NCBI RefSeq assembly: GCF_009914755.1 | Contig: NC_060928.1 | DNA length: 64,000 nt | DNA from: the human T2T-CHM13v2.0 reference genome, Homo sapiens | Reading direction: 5' to 3' (one strand) | Shown: positions 44,414-64,000 of the stretch, piece after piece | How positions within the stretch are numbered: position 1 is the stretch's first letter | How the letters are laid out: each line of letters starts with the position of its first letter | Program-made: the position numbers and the translations under genes | The notes under the pieces: model-generated | The model's input: only the letters and a program-made list of their open reading frames with translations | What the model was told of the DNA's origin: nothing | Databases searched by the model: none

Positions 44414-45069
44414 GTTTAAATAATACACTTCTTCTATGTTGTGAATCTTATTCACACTGGAACTTTGTCAGGCTATTTGATGGACAGGTGGCTTATACGC
44501 TACTAGAATTTGCAAAAATAGACGCCTTGGCAATAATACATAGAGATATGAAATGCTTCTTTTGCCCTACAGAAGAACAAAGTAAGAAGGACACATTAAA
44601 TAAAAGATGTTCATCCCTAAAATTAAAGTATATTGTTCTTTATTCTCTCTTTTATATACATAAGGGGTATATTAAAGTTTGTATTTGGCCATTTCTAATA
44701 AGCAGGACTTAAAAAAATTTCAATAGATTTAGGGATACAAGTTGTTTTTGGTTACATGAATGAATTGTATAGTAGTGAAGTCTGGGCTTTTAGAGTATCC
44801 ATCACCCAAATAGTGTACATTTTACCCAATAGGTAACTTTTCATCCCCTCCCCTCTCCAACCCTCCCTGCTTCTGAGTCTCCAGTGTTCATTATACCACT
44901 CCATTTGCCTTTTCATACACATAGCTTAGCTCCCACTTATAAGTGAGAACATGAAGTATTTAGTTTTCCATTCTTGAGTTACTTCACTTAGGATAATGGC
45001 CTCCAGTTCTATGCAAGTTGCTGCAAGTGACATTATTTTGTTCTTTTTTATGGCTGAGTAGTATTCCAT

Positions 45070-45352
45070 GATATATACACATGTATGTGTATATGTGTAT
45101 GTGTGTGTATATATAAAAAAGTATATAAAACAAAATCACTTTTAGTTACATGAACTAATGCCTCATATAAAATAAAAAATATATATGATATACATACATA
45201 TATGTATATACATCATGGAATACTGGTGTGTATATATATGTGGTATGTATGTATGTGTAATATACATATCTGGTGTGTATATATATATGTGTTGTGTGTG
45301 TATATATATATATGTGGTATATAAACATGCACACACACAGACACACACACAC
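45070..45352. repeat. TA/TG/CA compound low-complexity tract
   Basis: Mixed tatg, tgtg and caca runs within the L1PB fragment. Confidence 0.9.
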
Positions 45353-45453
45353 CCCACATTTTTGTTATCCACTCATCAGTTGTTGGGCACTTAGGTTGAC
45401 TCCTTATTTTTGCAATTGTCCTGCAATCAACATACATGTGCAGGTATCTTTTT

Positions 45454-46104
45454 TTTTTCCCTTTTTGCACATATCAAAGTTTTATTCAACCCATTAATGA
45501 GAGAACCATCCAAAAGACAAGATCTCTACTTCCTAGAGTATGTGAACAGAGATTTATAGTCTGTTAGCAAAGAAATACTGAAATAAGATTCCTAAATTAG
45601 ATACACGTTGGTTAGTTTCCCACAGGGCAATACAGTTGTAACTTTTGGGGTAATCTTTCCTACCAGACCCATGAAGCAAAAAGAGACAGAGGTGGAAAGG
45701 AGGAAATGGTGATACCTCGAACTCAGGAGAAACTGATACTGGATTTATCTTTCCCAATATCCAATGTCTCCTTCAAACATCTGGACCTCTCTCAAGGACA
45801 CCAACTATTATCTTTTGCCCTTGCTCTTAGCTGTTAAAGCTTTTTTATTTACAGAATTTTCATAACCACTGCTTTCTTTTCCTTCCCACTGATACCCTTA
45901 CAAACTTCAGTTTCTTATCATCTCGTTGTGAAAGTCAGTTAAGCAAACAAAACTCTTCTGGAGTGTTTAAGATTCCAGAAAACTTCTCAAATCACTTTTC
46001 ATATCTACTATAAGTTGTTCATTTAACACCACAAAGACAAATGGAACTCATAAATTGTGAATACTCTGCCCCTTTAAGAAAACTTTAGTATGTTTTTACA
46101 TTTC
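45454..46104 (-). other. L1-mediated 3' transduced segment with second poly(A) tail
   Basis: Non-L1 sequence lying between the L1 tail (46105-46120) and the distal poly(A)/TSD copy at 45440-45453. Confidence 0.88.
45481..45486 (-). terminator. AATAAA polyadenylation signal of the transduced transcript
   Basis: tttatt on +, 14 nt from the start of the A tail at 45466. Confidence 0.8.
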
Positions 46105-46323
46105 TTTTTTTTTTTTTTATTTCACTTTAAGTTTTAGGGTACATGTGCACATTGTGCAGGTTAGTTACATATGTGTACAGGTGCCATGCTGGTGCGCTGC
46201 ACCCGCTAACTCGTCATCTAGCATTAGGTATATCTCCCGATGCTATCCCTCCCCCCTCCCCCCACCACACAACAGTCCCCAGAGTGTGATATTCCCCTTC
46301 CTGTGTCCATGTGATCTCATTGT

Positions 46324-50164
<3,841 letters not shown>

Positions 50165-50212
50165 TTATTTTGCTTGTTAGTTGATGCAGTTTCTTCCTAG
50201 TCTCGATGGTCT

Positions 50213-51225
50213 TTACACTTTGGCATGATTTTGCAGCAGCTGGTACCGGTTGTTCCTTTCCATGTTTAGTGCTTCCTTCAGGAGGTCTTGTAAGGCAGGC
50301 CTGGTGGTGACCAAATCTCTCAGCATTTGCTTGTCTGTAAAGGATTTTATTTCTCCTTCACTTATGAAGCTTAGTTTGGCTGGATATGAAATTCTAGGTT
50401 GAAAATTCTTTTCTTCAAGAATGTTGAATATTGGCCCCCACTCTCTTCTGGCTTGTAGGGTTTCTGCCGAGAGATCTGCTGTTAGTCTGATGGGCTTCCC
50501 TTTGTGGGTAGCCTGACCTTTCTCTCTGGCTGCCCTTAACATTTTTTCCTTCATTTCAACTTTGGTGAATCTGACAATTATGTGTCTTGGAGTTGCTCTT
50601 CTCGAGGAGTATCTTTGTGGCGTTCTCTGTATTTCCTGAATCTGAACGTTGGCCTGCCTTGCTAGATTGGTGAAGTTCTCCTGGATAATATCCTGCAGAG
50701 TGTTTTCCAACTTGGTTCCATTCTCCCCATCACTTTCAGGTAAACCAATCAGACGTATATTTGGTCTTTTCACATAGTCCCGTATTTCTTGGAGGCTTTG
50801 CTCATTTCTTTTTATTCTTTTTTCTCTAAACTTCCCTTCTCGCTTCATTTCATTCATTTCATCTTCCATTGCTGATACCCTTTCTTCCAGTTGATCGCAT
50901 CAGCTCCTGAGGCTTCTGCATTCTTCACGTAGTTCTCGCGCCTTGGTTTTCAGCTCCATCAGCTCCTTAAACACTTCACTGTATTGGTTATTCTAGTTAT
51001 ACATTCTTCTAAATTTTTTTCAATGTTTTCAACTTCTTTGCCTTTGGTTTGAATGTCCTCCCGTAGCTCAGAGTAATTTGATCGTCTGAAGACTTCTCTC
51101 AGCTCGTCAAAGTCATTCTCCATCCAGCTTTGTTCCATTGCTGGTGAGGAACTGCGTTCCTTTGGAGGAGGAGGGGTGCTCTGCTTTTTAGAGTTTCCAG
51201 TTTTTCTGTTCTGTTTTTTCCCCAT
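50213..51225 (-). pseudogene. L1 ORF1p, frameshifted
   Basis: MGKKQNRKTGNSK (50959-51225) and 50213-50869 in different frames. Confidence 0.95.
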
Positions 51226-51680
51226 CTTTGTGGTTTTATCTACTTTTGGTCTTTGATGATGGTAATGTACAGATGGGTTTTTGGTGTGGATGTCCTTTCT
51301 GTTTGTTAGTTTTCCTTCTAACAGAGAGGACCCTCAGCTGCAGGTCTGTTGGAATACCCTGCTGTGTGAGGTGTCAGTTTGTCCCTGCTGGGGGGTGCCT
51401 CCCATTTAGGCTGCTCGGGGGTCAGGGGTCAGGGACCCACTTGAGGAGGCAGTCTGCCCATTCTCAGATCTCCAGCTGCGTGCTGGGAGAGCCACTGCTC
51501 TCTTCAAAGCTGTCAGACAGGGATATTTAAGTCTGCAGAGGTTACTGCTGTCTTTTTGTTTGTCTGTGCCCTGCCCCCAGAGGTGGAGCCTACAGAGGCA
51601 AGCAGGCCTCCTGGAGCTGTGGTGGGCTCCACCCAGTTAGAGCTTCCCGGCTGCTTTGTTTACCTAATCAAGCCTGGGCA

Positions 51681-51989
51681 ATGGCGGGCGCCCCTCCCCC
51701 AGCCTCGCTGCCGCCTTGCAGTTTGATCTCAGACTGCTGTGCTAGCAATCAACGAGACTCCGTGGGCGTAGGACCCTCCGAGCCAGGTGTGGGATATAAT
51801 CTCGTGGAGCGCCGTTTTTTAAGCCAGTCGGAAAAGCGCAGTATTCGGGTGGGAGTGACCCGATTTTCCAGGTGCCATCCGTCACCCCTTTCTTTGACTC
51901 AGAAAGGGAACTCCCTGACCCCTTGCGCTTCCCAAGTGAGGCAATGCCTCGCCCTGCTTCGGCTCGCGCATGGTGCGCGCACCCACTGA
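51681..51989 (+). CDS. ORF0: L1 antisense ORF0, open for 102 codons (translation not shown)
   Basis: MAGAPPPASLPPCSLISDCCASNQRDSVGVGPSEPG; strong Kozak gcaATGG. Confidence 0.6.
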   Translation: MAGAPPPASLPPCSLISDCCASNQRDSVGVGPSEPGVGYNLVERRFLSQSEKRSIRVGVTRFSRCHPSPLSLTQKGNSLTPCASQVRQCLALLRLAHGARTH

Positions 51990-53173
51990 CCTGCGCCCAC
52001 TGTCTGGCACTCCCTAGTGAGATGAACCCCGTACCTCAGATGGAAATGCAGAAATCACCGTCTTCTGCGTCGCCCACGCTGGAAGCTGTAGACCGGAACT
52101 GTTCCTATTCGGCCATCTTGGCTCCTCCTCGCAGGTATCTTTTTGATATAGTGAATTATTTTCCTTTGGGTAGATACCCGGTAGTGGGATGTTGAATTGA
52201 ATGGTAGATCTACTTTTAGTTCTTTGAGAAATCTCCATACTGTTTTTCATATAAAATAATTGTTAATGTTTAAAAGAGTGATAATTTTTTAAATAAAAAG
52301 AATCCTTTTCTTTTAGACATACACTGAAATATTTATGAATTAAATGGAATGTTTAGTACTTGCTCTTCATTGGAGAGTATCCTGCCCCATTGACCCTCCA
52401 GGATTGTTTAGAATTTGTGGTGATATCTGAACAGCTCAGGCAAGCTTTAGGGTAACATATTCATAAAGATTGTACTTCTTGGAGAAAATGAAAATGAATA
52501 TGCTTAATGGATCATTCTGCCATCTCTTTATCATCCATTAACATTTCATTATCTACCTCTAGCAGAGAAATAGGCATTGCTTGTTCATTGCTTCCCTGAA
52601 ATTAGATTAAAATGTCTCACTTGTTTTTAGGTTTTCCACAATTTCAGCATGGTCTTGGCTTTAGTCTTTTGAGAGCTATCTTCAGATTTTATGTCACTTC
52701 TGTATCATTTGTGTTAAAAACTTTGAGATCATAATATTTTTCTCTCCTTTCTCAATACATTTTAAATTTGCTGTTTGACTATGTCTAGTATTTCTTCTGC
52801 TATTAGAAGAGGTAATTTCCTATTTAAATTTCTATCCTGCTCATATTACAAACTAGTCCAAAATAACATGTTAAAATAGCAGTTAAATATGTTTCTTCAG
52901 GCTTGTGCATGAGGATATTATCAGAAAGGGAAGCATGAGGATATTATAAAAAAGGGAAGAAGTGATGACCAAAAAATAAAAATAAAAGAGGGAGAGAAGA
53001 CTAGAATATATCTAAGGCAGTTTTTTCAAAAGCAAGATTTGAGTTCTAGCAGATATTCAGATAATCGAAACTCCTCATCACTACCATCTCTTGCCTGTGC
53101 TGAATTTGTCACCTGTGTTAGGGATGATTCATTCCTGTTTTCTACGTGGAAATCTGAATCTGTAATAACATTA

Positions 53174-53204
53174 TTTCTTTCTTTCTTTCTTTCCTTCTTT
53201 CTTT

Positions 53205-53257
<53 letters not shown>

Positions 53258-53261
53258 TTTC
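53174..53261. repeat. (TTTC)n tetranucleotide microsatellite
   Basis: About 85 bp of tttc units with interruptions. Confidence 0.97.
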
Positions 53262-54269
53262 TCATCTAAATGCTCTCCACTAGATTGGCACAGTAAGGCT
53301 TATGAATCAATAAGTTTTATTCTTGTATCATATCTATGTAGCCACTGTTGAGTTTTTATTTCCAAAATCATGATCTTTAATAGAAGCAGAAGGAGAAATA
53401 CTACGTGTGCCCTCAAACCACCTAAGTTTCCTAAGTAGTGCTTCAAGGTTGCTCTAGTTAAATTCTGACTATGTTGTTTCTCACAGTGAATCAGCAGAAA
53501 CAAGTCCACATCCAATATGGTTATATGTTTTGCCTGACTCACTTCAGAGCAATTACTTCTCTATCAAAGTTTTGAAAATAATTATTGTCATCTTCATGAT
53601 AAGTCTTATTCAGTAATATCTCAATAATCTAACTAATGGGAGTCACTTAGTTTCTTTTGTCAAAATTTTGAGTTATTTTTAGTAAGATTTTAATAGTGCT
53701 TAGTCCATATACTGCTACGTAGTGGTACCATACCTTAGTAGAAGTAGAAAGAACATCAGAAAGGGTGTCAAAAATAAATCTTAACATAATGGCAGTAGAG
53801 TTTGTCGGGAGTGTGACTTACTAGTATGCCCTAAAGTTTTCTAATGCTGTAAGGGAGAAATGATGATACCTGAGATTTTTGTAATACATGTAAAAGTACT
53901 TCACGAACATTTCATGTACACATGCAACTATAAGTTAGTGTGATTGATATATCAACCCTTGAGTCCCTGTTTTTATTTTCATTGATGTTCTTTTCTCTTG
54001 TTTCCTTCTGTATATGATTAGACATCATCTTTGTTAGTTTCTTTCTATATCATACTTCTGTCTTAGAGGCAGTATACTGAGACAGAGTTTTAAAACCCCA
54101 GGTCTTCTTTTTTTTTTCCTGTAATTTATTGATTTGTTGCTTATTTGTAAAGTTAGGATAATAATACTGATCTCATGAACTTGTTGTGAGGGTTAGATAG
54201 AAACATGATAGAGGAATCAAGAGTTCTTGTGTTGAATTTTTTCCCAAACCCGAATATCCAACTATGTAG

Positions 54270-54680
54270 TAGATGGTCCCTCATTGATTTTCACTATTTC
54301 TTCTAACTCAAGTTTTTAAAGATTGAAGGAATTTTCTCATACAAATATCCTCCTGTGTTCTCTATCTTAGTCAGTAACTGTATGATGTGTCAACTAGCCC
54401 AAGTATCTGGGACTAATCTCTTTTATTCCATCAACAATTAAGTTTTACTGAATTGACCATGTATAATTTTAAAGCTTGTGGCTCTCTATTCCAATTTTCA
54501 CTACATTAGTTCAGGCACTTGTGCTTTTATACCTGGGTTATTGCAATGGCCTTCTAACTCTCCTTTTGGCATATAGAATTCTCTGTCCTGTGTCCAGCTC
54601 ATTGTCCTCCTTGGTGTTGGTAGGTGTTTTTTAGAATGCATATCTAATCACCTATCTAATCCCTTGAAATATTAAACAGC
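54270..54680. mobile_element. L2 fragment (MIR-like fragment at about 54050-54210)
   Basis: ttagttcaggcac...cctgggttattgcaatggccttctaact...tagaatgcatatctaatcac. Confidence 0.55.
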
Positions 54681-54779
54681 AATGGTAATAGTAAGCAGAG
54701 AACCTTATGTAAAAATTCATCTAATGTTCTTCCATCAAGGGTAAGATCATATTAAAAAAGCATCCACTGAGTCCTGTTT

Positions 54780-55580
54780 TATTAACTATTTTCTTCTTTT
54801 TTAAAATTGAGAATTGCTGCTAAACTATGCTAAATGCATTTTCTATATCTGTGGAGATAATTGTATGATTTTCTCTCCTTTGAGCTATTAGGATTTCGTG
54901 ATATTGAACAATTTTTGCATTCCTGGAATAAACTTACTTGGTCATCCTGTGTTTTCCTTTCAGTGTGCTACTGGATGACATTTGCCAATACATTATGTAT
55001 AATTTTTGCATTGATAATCATAAGTGATATTAGTTTGCAGTTTTTTTATTCTTGTGTGAACTTTGTAACTTAAGGTATCAGTATTAGCCCAGCATCTTTA
55101 AATTGAATTTGTTTTTTTCTCTCTTTTATATATGCTCTGAAACAGTTTAAATAACACTAGAATTGTGTGATCTAAAAATATTGCGTAGAACTCTCCCCAG
55201 AAACATCTGAGTCTGGTGCTCTTTATGGAGTAGCTCTTTTATCTTTCTTTCTGTTTTCTTTTTTGATGGTAATTGGCTTGTTTACAGTTTTACATTTCTT
55301 TTTTCTTCTGTTAGTTGTGTTACATTGTAATCACTAGAAAATTTTCCATTTCACTCAAGTTTTAAAATGTATTTGAGTATAGTTTCATAATACAGTTTTC
55401 AAAACTAAAATTGATTTATATGGTTATTTGGCCTTTGTCATTTCTTATTTTGTGTATTTATGCTCTTTCATTTTTATTAAATCATTTTCTATTTTAGAAA
55501 TGTATCCAAGTAGCAGATTTTAATTTATATATCGGTTTTACTGTTTTTCTGTTTCCTATTTCATCAATTTTGAATGGATA
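54780..55580 (-). mobile_element. Old L1M ORF2 fragment
   Basis: ttgcattcctggaataaacttacttggtcat...tttgcattgataatcataagtgatattagtttgcag. Confidence 0.7.
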
Positions 55581-55732
55581 CTTAAAGTTCATATGCTAAA
55601 TGACTATAGATGCATAGATTTGACTTTAAAATTCATGACATAACATGTAAAATGTGTGCATTCGATAAGTACTTATTGAATGAAATTTTTCTCTTATATA
55701 TTGGAGAATATTTGAATATATTACACATTTAG

Positions 55733-56051
<319 letters not shown>

Positions 56052-58683
56052 TGGGTTTTCTAGTATTTTATCAGGTTTGTCTTTTATGGTGAGTGGTTAA
56101 TCTGTCCTTAGAATTTTCATGCTAATATTTTAGAAAAAAGTTTTATGGGCTAAGATTTCTGAAAGGACTGAAGTGGTACATCAGTGAAAAGTGTGCTAAA
56201 TTGTAGCTACAACTGCTTTTGGACTATTAGAAAGAAAGAAACTAAAACGCCATTTGCAAAATAAAAGTCTTTATCAATGGATAATGCAAGACATTTAATA
56301 ATTGCTATGATTAAAGTCTGGGGATATTGTTGGTTTCTCTGTAGATATTTTTAATCTTTTGGTGTAATATAGGAAGTGCCACTATAAAGTAATTAATATA
56401 GTAATGTTTTATGTGGCTTATAGCAAGTATGCCAGTATTCTCAGAAATGATATCAAGAGTGGAGAAACCAGGATGAGCGTACACCAAAATGTGTACAGGG
56501 AGACATTGTAGCTAGTGGAAAGAGAATTGGAATAAGAGCAAGAAGAACCCCGACTCTGCAAACAGCTGGTCATGTGAATGAGCCCAAATTACTTGACGTT
56601 TTTTACCTGCAAAAGCATTGGGTTGTCCCTATTCATCCTTTATATCCATTTTATGATATCATGATTTTAGGTTTAAAATAATTTAAATGACCAATGAAAG
56701 TGCTGAGATTATGTGTAGCTAATTAGTTCAGAATGATTGATGTCTAAAAAATTAAATGTAGATTAAAGTTGTGTGTATGTGTGTGTATGTATATACGTGT
56801 GTATGTTAGAGAAAGAGTTTAAAAGAAGAAAGCTTAAAGAGGATGATTATTTGTGTAAGATGCAATATGGTAGTAAAACTTGCAATACTTTAGTTTGTAT
56901 TTTATATTTGGGTTATTTTGCTTGTTTCACTGAAATTGAAAAATATTCAGATCACATCTAAACTGAGATAAGCATCTTCAAATGCTTTTTATTAGGTTAC
57001 TTTATATTGGATTAAATGTGGTTTCAGTTGAATGAAATGTAAAAAGGTGGGTGTGGAAAATCATGGGATGAAAACTGATGCTAGAGAATTTAGAAGCTCC
57101 ATATTAATTTGTTGGTTTATCTCTACACCTCCGTATCTAACACAATACCTGGCCCATAATGAATTCTCAATAAATCTCTGTTGGATTGAATTGTGGCAGT
57201 AAATAGCAAAAATAAAGTATATAGCAGGTCATTCACTGTTTTAATATAAAGTCTATACTCATATACATATCTTTGTAGTGCATGTGGTTACATTTTGCTT
57301 TGCAGTAATAACATTGAAGGTTTTACTTGAATGAAGCAGGTTGTCTTGAATGGATGGTTGCTATTTTAGTCTTATTCATCAGTACTTTACATAAAACACA
57401 AATTTTTATATTTATCTAAAAATATTAATGTAAAACACCATAGTAAGTAGCAAAATTAAAGAGTAAGGGGGAATATTTCTTACAGTGCTTTTAACAGGAC
57501 AAACTTCCATTACATTTGGCACTCTCCTCACTCACTTTTATTGCTATTTACTTATTTCAACCAAAATTTCCTTCATAGACTTAATTTGTATGTGTTTAGC
57601 AGTACATTTAAAATACCTTACTTGAAGTTGGGAGCTCTTCTTGGATGTTTGCAGTACTCTGGTGTTTCAAGCCAGTCAGCTTATGATAATTGTTTTTGTG
57701 CCCCTTTCTGGCTACCTCCTGTGATTAATAATTGGCCCTGTGATTCTATTTTGTATTCTCTTGAAATAATTCTTTGTGGTTTTCTACTTCCCAATTTTTC
57801 AGAATTCTGCTCTCATCTTTCATACATCATAACCCCAAATAGAGTCTTCAGGTAATTCTCTGCTTTTTAAGAAGAGTGAAAGCTAGAAACCTGTTTTGTT
57901 TGCTGACCTTTGCTTAGAGTCACTAGCACAATATTTACATTTAACATAATTGCACTCTCATATTAATCACTTGCTTTTTATGTGGTTTGTTTTTATTTCT
58001 CTGAATTTTAAATTGAGCACAGAGATTATGTGTCATATTAGGTTTTGTGTTTTCACAGCACTTGTCACCTGAGACTCACTCAATTTATATCCAGAATTTG
58101 TAACTGAAAATGGTTTCAGGTTTCTTTTACTCCTTTCTTCTTTTGTGAATCTCTACAGCAACCTGTAATGAATATTATTATTGACTTTCAATACTGCTGC
58201 TCTGAAAGATTTAGAGATAGATCTAATATCTTTATGGCTACAAAAAAGAATGGATAAGCAAATTTTTATTGCCTTTAGTGACTCATTAAAATATTTTAAA
58301 AACATAATTCAAGAAATAATAAAATCATGAAAGCATGAATTCAGCAATTATTTTGAAAAGTTTAGCATTTTTTCTATACTTGGCTCTGTCATAATGTTAT
58401 TCCAGGCAGAAAACTTATATATCTTTCTTTGTGGTCTAAAAAGATTAAATCTTCTTGTTACAATAAGAATGTCATTTTTTTCTTGTTAGAGCCCCATTAC
58501 TGGTAGAGAATATCTGGTCCTAGTTACCAATAAGGAAAAATAAATTTTTTAGAAAATGTATCTTTTACTCAATCTGAATTCTACTTAATTTTCCATATAT
58601 CAAATAGTTTACTCAAATATAGCTTCCAGTTTAATATTTTATGTGATTTGTGGTATATGTTAGTCATGAAACTTTTTAAAAAC

Positions 58684-64000
<5,317 letters not shown>

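Noticed and set aside
45155-45497. Cluster of five overlapping ORFs; also 53026-53269
   Set aside because: Stop-poor microsatellite translations

Overview
Primate genomic DNA, most likely hominoid because it carries an L1PA2/3-type element. Most of the window is transposon-derived and I can support no intact host protein-coding gene. Layout: (1) 1-8.4 kb holds old repeats plus a chain of + strand exon-like segments with canonical splice sites and scattered stops, a candidate non-processed pseudogene of unknown family. (2) 9-32 kb is a nested stack: an ancient L1M hosts an L1MA, a MER54 LTR and a full-length L1PA13-16-type L1 (12877-30586), which in turn hosts a complete LTR2/Harlequin provirus (19467-27292) and a complete THE1 (27810-30064), both with perfect TSDs. 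(3) There are two full-length minus-strand L1PA elements (33.9-40.1 kb and 46.1-52.1 kb). The younger carries a clear ~640-bp 3' transduction with its own AATAAA, poly(A) and TSD. (4) An L1PB runs off the right end. Smaller signals: an in-frame env-pol chimeric ORF, presence/absence of the ~129-bp ZNF93-target segment in the neighbouring L1s, template-switch hairpins inside L1s, a divergent CR1-type RT tail and weaker minus-strand exon-like segments. I found no demonstrable novel biological system. The best leads are the transduction and the candidate decayed gene. All repeat family and subfamily calls are by eye from remembered consensus motifs, and boundaries of old repeats are approximate.
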